Assembly (NCBI GenBank): GCA_020073385.1
Contig: JAIQFH010000031.1
Location: 10,233 to 74,232, forward strand
Direction: 5' to 3'
DNA from: Terriglobia bacterium
GTDB lineage: Bacteria > Acidobacteriota > Terriglobia > Terriglobales > Acidobacteriaceae
DNA: 64,000 bases
The notes below the pieces were generated by a model. It had not been told where the DNA came from and made no database searches. It saw only the letters and a list, made by a program, of their open reading frames with translations. How positions within the stretch are numbered: the stretch's first letter is position 1; each line of letters starts with the position of its first letter. Positions 30,701 to 38,243 of this stretch are shown here, in pieces. Both the position numbers and the translations under genes were made by a program.

Positions 30701-32080
30701 AATCAGGATAGGCAGAATGCCGTACGGATTTCGATCGACGCGCATCGCAGGTAAGGGACCGCGGGCAAAAGCGTTGTTTGCCAAGTAATCCGCCAATGCT
30801 CGTGGGTCCATCAGTGATGGTGCCAGCCAATCAAAACCAGCTGTTAGGAATGGCAGCAACACCCTAGCCATCGCCTTGGCTTTACTTTCATCCTGCTGCT
30901 CCGCATTCCGCACTTTGTATAGGAGCGGGGAATCCACGGCCAAAGCATTTGCAAGGACGTCCGCATCAGTGGCGTCATTGACAGTCTGGCAAGCGTCCTT
31001 GTCATCCGTGGCAGCCGCCTGGCATTTGCGCTCGAAGTAACACGCTTCCCTCAGACCGGCAACGGGATCCGAGACCCACGGTCTGTATGCTGAACTTTGA
31101 CGTGGCGAGGTATTTGTGGGAGCATCTTGGGGAATAAAATCAATTTCCCCAGCAGCAATCTTGTCTTCAATAAATTCCTTTAGTTGCTCGGCCGCATCTA
31201 TCCGCCCCAGCCCTACCGCGATAATCCACTCTGAGGTAAGGGCCATATCCACATAGCTACCGGTTAGGCGGAGGCCCATGCCTAGCTTTACCGCTGCGTC
31301 GAAGTCAGAAAGCCAGCCGCCGAGGTTCAGACATGCTGGGCTATACGCCACGTCTTGTGCAATATCCGAGCTCTGTCCAATCAATGCAAGCTCACCGTTC
31401 TTCATCAAACCATACAGACCGATGCGCCGGGGCAATCCAAGAATTCCACACTTCGGTTGCGTGTCCCTCGGAGCGGTGTGGCCGGATCGCTGAAGGTGAA
31501 GCGCCCTATGGAAGCCAACCTGTGCGACGAGTGTTTGCCACGCCTCGTTGGCACTGGGATTGTCCCACCAATGAGCTCCTGCAACCTTACGATATGCATC
31601 TATCGCTGCGACCTCCTCGTCGGTTTCCGATTCAGGCTCTGTCCAATGCAAACTATCGTCGAAATACCAACGTACCCATAATTCCCTTTGCTGAATCTGG
31701 ACATCTTTAAATGCAAGGGCTTTCACACCATCTTGCTGCGGATTCTTGCTCGATGCCCAGGTAGGATTCGTGAGAGCGATTTTCAAACGCGCCCCCGGCG
31801 GGATGACCCGGTACTCCATCCTGAGAGGCAACAGAAGAATAGGTGCCGCAGGGAGCAGTTCCTGGGATTGGGGCGGACCACTAAACGGCGGCGCTGCTAG
31901 CCCCGCAACCATGGCGGATGATCCCTTGAAGAAATCGCGACGTGTGATCTGGAAACCGCTCTCTTTAGGCTTTATGAGCAGGTGCTGAGACTGCCCAATC
32001 ACGCTATTTCGCGCTACGACAGGGAACGTCTTTGATCGACGCCTACTTGAAGGAGATAGAGACTTAGTCGCTTTTAGCAT
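27731..32080 (-). CDS. Giant-operon protein D (~1449 aa) with twin-arginine (Tat) signal motif
   Basis: ORF 27731..32173. I prefer the ATG at 32080, which shares one nucleotide with the stop of C (TAATG). 'ITRRDFFKGSSAMVAGLAAPPF' is encoded at 31883-31945. The rest is orphan sequence with a coiled-coil-like stretch 'DKEIEDLRKKKAALETDLRSL'. Confidence 0.8.
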   Translation of the reverse strand: MLKATKSLSPSSRRRSKTFPVVARNSVIGQSQHLLIKPKESGFQITRRDFFKGSSAMVAGLAAPPFSGPPQSQELLPAAPILLLPLRMEYRVIPPGARLKIALTNPTWASSKNPQQDGVKALAFKDVQIQQRELWVRWYFDDSLHWTEPESETDEEVAAIDAYRKVAGAHWWDNPSANEAWQTLVAQVGFHRALHLQRSGHTAPRDTQPKCGILGLPRRIGLYGLMKNGELALIGQSSDIAQDVAYSPACLNLGGWLSDFDAAVKLGMGLRLTGSYVDMALTSEWIIAVGLGRIDAAEQLKEFIEDKIAAGEIDFIPQDAPTNTSPRQSSAYRPWVSDPVAGLREACYFERKCQAAATDDKDACQTVNDATDADVLANALAVDSPLLYKVRNAEQQDESKAKAMARVLLPFLTAGFDWLAPSLMDPRALADYLANNAFARGPLPAMRVDRNPYGILPILIPSDVEAPGSAPVQEQKSFNFVRRFCDLTLKSLDKSAVRLPVMHPGSPNQGEVLRRILQVLPVSPRIDGTDKPKGSSARPVVCPLVGGITENRQPAQYLKDLLRKRVSELELGDPEAEDRDTPLLYRLVLLALSSLLSEVIVKSGKDVGGLPDAIAVMANSQDPNLKGLRERVSNFSDALSLLASTPDTQLEVLLLEMLDLVDHRTDAWQTSLAAFRLSAQRRAGNKQLLIGYYGMIGKLRTESATGDSDGYVIAPSIAQATTAGILRSAAIRFGGDKRPFQLNLCSRRVRKALRTLNALRKGIRLNEILGYHAERWLHDRGQDALIYEYRTDYSVARGLDNAAALSPLLDGEKLLANATQLRNQGDGTRREEVIKLLDELQEEKDAFCDLVVAESVHQLALGNTAGVSAWMQCLSGGMPPGEVEFVRIRRNGQSSPHRVLFIDSSPIVDATTTNPRIIAEPLLAKISATAFSGFDQSVVQVTVSNSKSPEQIDVRSISLKSDLGLDPVDILLGGQALVKLLSRAHIVGLWEQQNSELSRKFGPLPDRSLDAFLNQECPLSFNLAFKSGNVPSVAELLDRAMILRQVISQSRAITPTDLQPLSDPSKQVDLFDVKRAAVDGLLTRVESLLPMMDPAGNTLKSVVARISGELISLLGSARTIGQEDSGDQSALRDRDKEIEDLRKKKAALETDLRSLAKFGLPEALRLHAIQEIIANPDAYARYVQEVLASIEVKRSQLGSAEGLQAVARALQTACDGEALPIWPPYSIPISDFGTPAPVADILERWQHIQKPLVSLYKMADCLPLEARVSKIIKSTNPDDARRDNAKHPETLYVGSHLLLHGANPQPPLAGFVAAEWAVFKPSSSHTGAIAINRDAPQCQAPNAFLLGVAANDRQTAWSEEQLALLVKETIRLLRIRSLSSMEGSITRFGLRAFSLVPAKGKSARIPLAPKTDYIPWAKESFGWQRKSSIPKENENARSIIERNQKRVAP

Positions 32081-34794
32081 TAAGGCAGCAACCTCCCGGC
32101 TGGAATTACCACTCGCACTGGCCTCTGAAACATCACCGAGGCAAGACTTGCTGCATGGCGATTTGCGCCCCATTTGCCCTGATCATTGGGGTTCTCTCTA
32201 CCATCCAACTTTGCGAGGTGAATTTCGCTACTGAAGTCTACGTAGCCTGATTTGCTCACGGTGACATAAGGCCAGGAGAGAGCGTCCCAAGTGGTAGGCG
32301 GATTGCCTGACTTCTTTTTTGGGTCGCGAGTTCCGACGTCAACCCCAAAACGGTAACGGCCGGGTGGCTGATACAGCACAAAGAATGACCGTTCATCTAG
32401 GTCGTTCACCGTCACTGGAAACCCGCAGTAGTAGATATCAGGTCGCAACTCACCCGAAAAAATCGGCTCAATATCTGTGCCAGCTCCGACCTTCCATTCC
32501 TTCGTTGATTGCTGGTTGAGGAGCACGTGAAATCCCGGATAACGATTTACGATCTCACCGCGAATGATAAAAACGATCTGGCCTTTTGGGCCCCCTCTTA
32601 AGTTCGAACCGAGCTGGTTGCCCCACGTGTTGATTGCCTCTATATCGTCTGTCATGTCGTCCGACGCTGGGGCGCCGCGGTCCCAGAAGCGTGCGAACAC
32701 TGTCGTTCGCAAATCGCTGGGGAATTCGCGCCACAGCAGCTCTTGATTCATTTCGTGGTTGCAGCCGACAAGAAACCCCTCGATGTATGCCGTGTCAGTA
32801 ACGAGCAGCCCGACTCTGTCCTTTGGGACCTCGTTAACACCCGGGAGGAGTTCTTCCGGACTCTCCTTGGCTAGATAGGAGGCCATTGGCGTTGGAATCC
32901 GCGGACCGCGCAGAATGAGAGTGGGATCCTCTATGCTGATGTCGCCCCCGTTCGAGATACGGCGCCTGAGTTGAAGAGCCGGCATCGCTGAAATTTGTGC
33001 AGCAATGCTGGCGCTAACACTCGCCGCATCGATATTCTTCATGTAAAAAAGCTCGTTCGTCTGCGGTCGGACACCAAAAAGCAGCTGTTCGCCCTGTTGT
33101 TGGCCGGTCTGGGGAAATAGCGCGTAGGTCCATTCTTTGTAATCATCTGCTCTCGGTTCCCAGCACCCAGCCTTTCGAACGGCGCTGCTGCCACCCTCAA
33201 GGGTCGCGGGGATCCCATAATCTGTGTCGGGAAAGCCGAGCAATGGTGGTGCACTCACCGTTTTGCGAAGCGTCCCCGCAATCTCTCGTCGGACACGTTC
33301 AGTTCGCTTCGCAAGGACCTTCCGCTCAACCAACGAGACAACACCGGATGGCACGCCGCTCTTGACAAAGGAGGCGCTCAACGTAGCGCCTGGCTCGGTG
33401 CCCCGCAGCGCAGGCAGAAAACGGTCACCGAGGATCACAAGAAGGGTCGGGTCGAGGCGTGAAAGGTGCTTTTCCTGAATTCGCTCGTTGAGCGCTTTCG
33501 CAACCTGAACCTGCATTATCAATCGGTTTGCAGCGAGAATCTCTCCGGCTTGCGACCAACACTGCGCCAAAAATTCTTCCTGATGGCGACGCACAATTCG
33601 TGCCCCTGTTCCGGCGGCAATGCGGTACCGGCGGTCAAGATTCACTTGGTTAAACCATGGGCTCTTGCCGGGCCATGGTTTGCCGTCGTCCGGAGCTTCA
33701 ACCTTTTCCTCTCGGCGGAAACGACAGCCATATGCAGGTAGCGTAAAGAGTGGGTCTTTCTCACGCGGCCCGTCCTCCGTCACATCCTCACCTGCTAAGG
33801 ACTCTTTCAATGTGGCTGTGAGACGTTTTGTCAGGCCATCTTGGGAATAGGCAACCGGTTCGGATTTGGGCGTGCGCAAAGCGCCTTGCGCTACGAACGT
33901 CAATAAAGGTTCCAAATAGTCAGGGTAGTATCCAGGATCGCCACCGAATATGGTCTCTCCGCAAAGCCCTTTCTTGCTGTCACCGACCGCAGCCAGATCG
34001 ATCGGCTTCAAATTGGTCGCCAGTGCTTCGAAGTCTTGTTGAGCCGAGACTGTGCAGCGCCATCGAGCGTAGTAGGGAAGCTTTAGGTCGGGTTGGTTCT
34101 GAGCAGCTTTCCAAGCAGGAGCGTTCCAAGGACTCGGATTTCCACTCTCGCCTAAGCCACGCAACCGCCCAGCTTCGTAAGTTGGAACGAGGAACACTGA
34201 GTACGATTTGTTTTTCTCTAATTGTCGTGGACACAACAACCGGCACAAACTAGGCGACTTAGTGACAACTCTATCGTCATCATTAGTCTTTTCAGTGCTA
34301 TCGGCCTGTACGTGGGCCCACGCCCAGGATTGCGACAGATCAGGAAGACTGTTTTCTGGAGATGTCACAGTGATGCAGGGCAGCGGTGAGGTCCCGGCTC
34401 CCCCGACTACGAACTCATCATCTTTAAGTGCCAGCAGTGCGATCCATGGTCGTAGTCGAGCGTTATTCGGGCCTTCTGCTTCGTCCAACGTGTAGCGCCA
34501 TGCGAGATCTGCTGGAACCATCTCAGCGTGAGCAAAGTAGTTGAACTCAAACCCGACGCTGCCGGGAGCGGGTTCCATGCGAGTGATAATCGCGTTGTCC
34601 GGTCTCAGAACATCGCCCGCTCCATAAAGCGCGATCTCCGTTGGTGGCTCTATGGGTGCGCCTTGCTGCACACCATCTGCAACTAGTTGAATGCTGACCG
34701 TGGCATGTCGGCGAACGCCGGCTTCCGTCGGAGCAAGCGCAATGTCCGCCAGCGGAGTTCTCGTCCAAGGAAGAAATTTGAACTGCTTGGGCAT
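32080..34794 (-). CDS. Giant-operon protein C (904 aa), no recognised domain
   Basis: Start lies 3 nt after the stop of B (TGAttcATG). N-terminus 'MPKQFKFLPWTRTPLADIAL...IALYGAGDVLRPDNAIITRMEPAPGSVGFEFNYFAHAEMVPADLAWRYT'. Confidence 0.8.
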   Translation of the reverse strand: MPKQFKFLPWTRTPLADIALAPTEAGVRRHATVSIQLVADGVQQGAPIEPPTEIALYGAGDVLRPDNAIITRMEPAPGSVGFEFNYFAHAEMVPADLAWRYTLDEAEGPNNARLRPWIALLALKDDEFVVGGAGTSPLPCITVTSPENSLPDLSQSWAWAHVQADSTEKTNDDDRVVTKSPSLCRLLCPRQLEKNKSYSVFLVPTYEAGRLRGLGESGNPSPWNAPAWKAAQNQPDLKLPYYARWRCTVSAQQDFEALATNLKPIDLAAVGDSKKGLCGETIFGGDPGYYPDYLEPLLTFVAQGALRTPKSEPVAYSQDGLTKRLTATLKESLAGEDVTEDGPREKDPLFTLPAYGCRFRREEKVEAPDDGKPWPGKSPWFNQVNLDRRYRIAAGTGARIVRRHQEEFLAQCWSQAGEILAANRLIMQVQVAKALNERIQEKHLSRLDPTLLVILGDRFLPALRGTEPGATLSASFVKSGVPSGVVSLVERKVLAKRTERVRREIAGTLRKTVSAPPLLGFPDTDYGIPATLEGGSSAVRKAGCWEPRADDYKEWTYALFPQTGQQQGEQLLFGVRPQTNELFYMKNIDAASVSASIAAQISAMPALQLRRRISNGGDISIEDPTLILRGPRIPTPMASYLAKESPEELLPGVNEVPKDRVGLLVTDTAYIEGFLVGCNHEMNQELLWREFPSDLRTTVFARFWDRGAPASDDMTDDIEAINTWGNQLGSNLRGGPKGQIVFIIRGEIVNRYPGFHVLLNQQSTKEWKVGAGTDIEPIFSGELRPDIYYCGFPVTVNDLDERSFFVLYQPPGRYRFGVDVGTRDPKKKSGNPPTTWDALSWPYVTVSKSGYVDFSSEIHLAKLDGRENPNDQGKWGANRHAASLASVMFQRPVRVVIPAGRLLP

Positions 34795-34797
34795 GAA

Positions 34798-37700
34798 TCA
34801 CACCTCGACCAGTGTTGCGGGGTCTGCAACGTGGGAGGCAAAAATCCTCCCCACTTTTCCGCGCGATTTTGCGTCGCTGCGGACCTTACTGAATGTGCCG
34901 GATACTTCCGCTTTCACTCCCGAGCTCGTTGCTTCGTCGGAAGCGACAATATAGGTAGTCGGCTGAACGTGGATTTGTTGTTTCAACAGGTCTTGATGCA
35001 CTGATCCGAACGTCTGTAGACCGGAAATGTCCGCGAAAGATCGTGCATACCAGCTTGAGGCAAACCTCTCCGGTATTATGTGCCCTCGGCCTAGATAGGT
35101 TGGCGTCTGTTCGTCATCGAGGAAGATGGTCTCATATTCGTCTGTCATCTCCACTACTGGGCTACTAGGTCCCACCAACGTGGCGGTTCCCTGGAGTTCA
35201 AATCCGCTGACATGGCTTTCACTTGCGGGAGCCTTGAGCTGCTCTTCGCCGCTGAGATCAAGGAACTGTCCTATCGCGAACCCAGCGCGGGCGTCTGTCG
35301 TTCGTGTCTCCAGCCCTTTCGCTGTCAAGTCAAACGTTCGAAACTGTCCTGCTAGGCGTGCTGTACCCAACTTCTCGATCGCCATCTTGAGCGGCAATGC
35401 GCGCTGAGAGAATCGCACGCCTGCAGCTGGATCAACAAATAGCCTCAGCGGTTTGTTGCTATCAGAAGCCTCCTCCGGGGGAGTCTCAACTCTCGCAAGG
35501 GCCACACCAGTCATCACTGTCTGCGGGACTATAGCCTCCCAGTATCTGGATTCCTTGGCAGCAGCCTTCAGGACCTCCAAAGGATCCAGTTCCGGCAGGG
35601 TCTCAGGCCTTTCCTGTCCGAATTTTGCGTTTACAGAGATCTTCACCTTATGCCCAAGAACTTCCGCCCATAGCTTTCCATTGAGGAAGTAGGGATTCGG
35701 GCCTCGCACGCGCAAGTCTCCACCAATCGCGCACATGATGTCTCCGTTGCGCAGCAGTGCGAGTGAAAGGCCTAGCGCAGCATCAAACGCAAATGGACTG
35801 AATAGCAGGATCGCATCAAAATAAGCATTCCCCTTAGCATCGAAGTCCCCAACAAGCCAAATGTGAGGCCCGTTGGCATAAATATCCAGGCAAGCGCCCA
35901 TCTGCGCACTATTGGAAGTTAAGGCAAAGTAGCCGGCCAGAGTCGCCTGAATATCCTTGTTCCCGAATCCGATGGTAAGGCGCTTCAACGCTGGGAAATT
36001 CGGGGGGGTGGGAAACTGGGGGTGAAATCCGCCAACAGAGAGAACGAAGTCCGCATTGTCGCCCCAACCAGTGCGAAGAGCCATCTCGCCGCTTAGTGGC
36101 CAGTCCAGGAGGCAGGAGTTGACAATGGCCGCATCCAGCGCAATCTGACGAGTATCAAAGTCGATCAGACCTAAGAAATCTATATTCAACTGGAGGATCG
36201 GCTCTATCTCATTCGGTAGTATTGCCGCGATCTGGCCTAGAATCAGAACCCGTGTTGCCGCACCCAACTCCAGGATGATACCTACTTTGGCCTGCACCAG
36301 GCTTGGCGTACCCCACTCAATTCGCGCACACGGTCCGAATAAGTGATGATCCTTTTGGGGGGGGAATACGGAAGCCATTGTCTCCAGAATCCGCACGGAA
36401 TCTTTAATTGGATTGTCAGGAAATAGCAGATTGTCCAAACTGCCGTCGCGAAGTGCTCCACGCAAGGTTTCGACGCTCGCGGTTCTATGCAGTCCCACAT
36501 AGCCGCCGACCCCAGTGAGTTTAAAACCAAGGCCAAGCTGAATTTCAAATTGGCCAAAGATGCTCGCGAGGAATGAGTAGCTGAGCCCTGCCGGTGGTTT
36601 AGTGTCCAGAATGGCAAAAGCCGAAAGGCTGAAATTCTCGAAGCCCAGGGCAAGTGCGCCTTTGTATCCGTTTTCGTCGATAATGAGCGTTCCGCCACCG
36701 GCAATCGGGCCGGAACTAACAGCGATGCCGATACCGTCTGGGCGCTTAAAAGTAACTTCAAGATCTGCCTTACCCAAGAGACCGGGCCTCGCAAAATCGA
36801 CAACGCCCTTGATGCCAATGTCTTGCACAATAGCAGTAGCCGGTCCGATTGAGACACCACCGGTGACAGCCGCCGCCAGGTTCAGGCTGTTCTCTTCTGC
36901 TTTGCCTGAGAAGTCGATCGTTTGGATGAAGACAGGTCCAAACTGCTTCCGGACCGGAATGGTGTAGTCGAGACCTGCCCCTCCCTGAAAGTGAAGGCCT
37001 CGTTTGTATGACAAGGTGAGAGCGAAATCGAAAGGTAGTCTCGAGGGCTGTTTGGGCATTACAGCCTGGAGAAAGGCGTCACCTTCGCTCGCCGCGAGGA
37101 CCAAGGCTCCACCCTTTAGGACGAACTCGGCACCTACATCACGTTCAGCAGTAGATGTGGTCACCAGCAAGCCAAGAGAAACGCTACTAGCCTCGAGTCG
37201 ACTTCCTGTCAGTTGCCCTATAACGATTGCGGGCGCCGAGCCCCCATTGATCACAACCCCGACGCGCAGAGTGGTGTCGAGCGCTACAGGACCGCCACTT
37301 TGATCCTTTGCCGAAATGTCCAGTCCAGCCTCCCGGATCTCAAGGAGGACATTGGCCCCAACCGAACCTTCAACAACAAGTGACGAGCCTTTACTCAGCG
37401 GAGTGGCCGCCGCTGCCGTACCCAAAAGGAACGGCTGCAACGCTACCCCTTCGAACGGTCTACCATTTGCACTCGCAACTTGTGCCAACAGAGGCATGAT
37501 CAAGAGACCGATTTCTGCGAAGCCCACATCTCGGTCCAAGAGTTCGTACACAGGCAACTCAATCGCCCGCTGCACGGCGAGTTCGTCTGCAGATAGACTC
37601 GGATACAGTCGCGAAAGCAGTCGGTTTGGTGCCAGTCGTTTTCGTGCTGGGATGGCCAAGCTATGCGCGGCGACTTCGATTAGGTCGAGAAATCTCGGAG

Positions 37701-38238
37701 CATCGAATGTCGCCAACCCCCAACCGTAGGCCTCTTTGAGCAGTCTTCCCGGACTTTGCAGCAGCCATGGAATCCGATCAAAATGCAGAATCCGCTGGGG
37801 AGGATTAATGGTAAGAAGCCCGAATGCTTGGAGGGCGGCATAAAGCCCAGGCCACTCGCCCTCCATATAGGTAAGGAGAACATCGTCTAATATTTGTGCA
37901 GGTGCCTGATCAAAAAAGTCTGGTGGCACCGTGACTCCTTGAAACATGGCCCGGAGATCGCGAAGTTTCTCGAAAAACTTAGCTAGGTGCGAACTGAGTT
38001 CGACATATTGTTGCAACTGGCTTTCAGCGGGAGATGTAAGATCTATGTGGTCGAGGGCGTCCGTAAGTTCCGCGAGGGCGCCGCGAACCCCATTCAAGGA
38101 ACTCGGTGCTGGAATATCCCAACCAAGCCTCTGCAGCCACTCGCGGAACCGACTTTCAGATGTCAGCCAAGTATCGGTGAGCCTCGCAGCCAAGCTGAGG
38201 TCGCCTATGATACGTTGGAAAGTAAACTGAAATGACAT
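34798..38238 (-). CDS. Giant-operon protein B (1146 aa); central/C-terminal region resembles DUF6603 (recollection only)
   Basis: Start lies 5 nt after the stop of A. The Gly/Ala-rich, beta-strand-like region 'GYKGALALGFENFSLSAFAILDT...GFKLTGVGGYVGLHR...WGDNADFVLSVGGFHPQFPTPPNFPALKRLTIGF' reminds me of DUF6603. Confidence 0.8.
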   Translation of the reverse strand: MSFQFTFQRIIGDLSLAARLTDTWLTSESRFREWLQRLGWDIPAPSSLNGVRGALAELTDALDHIDLTSPAESQLQQYVELSSHLAKFFEKLRDLRAMFQGVTVPPDFFDQAPAQILDDVLLTYMEGEWPGLYAALQAFGLLTINPPQRILHFDRIPWLLQSPGRLLKEAYGWGLATFDAPRFLDLIEVAAHSLAIPARKRLAPNRLLSRLYPSLSADELAVQRAIELPVYELLDRDVGFAEIGLLIMPLLAQVASANGRPFEGVALQPFLLGTAAAATPLSKGSSLVVEGSVGANVLLEIREAGLDISAKDQSGGPVALDTTLRVGVVINGGSAPAIVIGQLTGSRLEASSVSLGLLVTTSTAERDVGAEFVLKGGALVLAASEGDAFLQAVMPKQPSRLPFDFALTLSYKRGLHFQGGAGLDYTIPVRKQFGPVFIQTIDFSGKAEENSLNLAAAVTGGVSIGPATAIVQDIGIKGVVDFARPGLLGKADLEVTFKRPDGIGIAVSSGPIAGGGTLIIDENGYKGALALGFENFSLSAFAILDTKPPAGLSYSFLASIFGQFEIQLGLGFKLTGVGGYVGLHRTASVETLRGALRDGSLDNLLFPDNPIKDSVRILETMASVFPPQKDHHLFGPCARIEWGTPSLVQAKVGIILELGAATRVLILGQIAAILPNEIEPILQLNIDFLGLIDFDTRQIALDAAIVNSCLLDWPLSGEMALRTGWGDNADFVLSVGGFHPQFPTPPNFPALKRLTIGFGNKDIQATLAGYFALTSNSAQMGACLDIYANGPHIWLVGDFDAKGNAYFDAILLFSPFAFDAALGLSLALLRNGDIMCAIGGDLRVRGPNPYFLNGKLWAEVLGHKVKISVNAKFGQERPETLPELDPLEVLKAAAKESRYWEAIVPQTVMTGVALARVETPPEEASDSNKPLRLFVDPAAGVRFSQRALPLKMAIEKLGTARLAGQFRTFDLTAKGLETRTTDARAGFAIGQFLDLSGEEQLKAPASESHVSGFELQGTATLVGPSSPVVEMTDEYETIFLDDEQTPTYLGRGHIIPERFASSWYARSFADISGLQTFGSVHQDLLKQQIHVQPTTYIVASDEATSSGVKAEVSGTFSKVRSDAKSRGKVGRIFASHVADPATLVEV

Positions 38239-38243
38239 CTAAC

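Noticed and set aside
32081-32173. Track start of protein D at 32173, overlapping protein C by 94 nt.
   Set aside because: The ATG at 32080 forms a TAATG stop-start overlap with C, matching the tight coupling at the other three junctions. The upstream extension has no supporting features.
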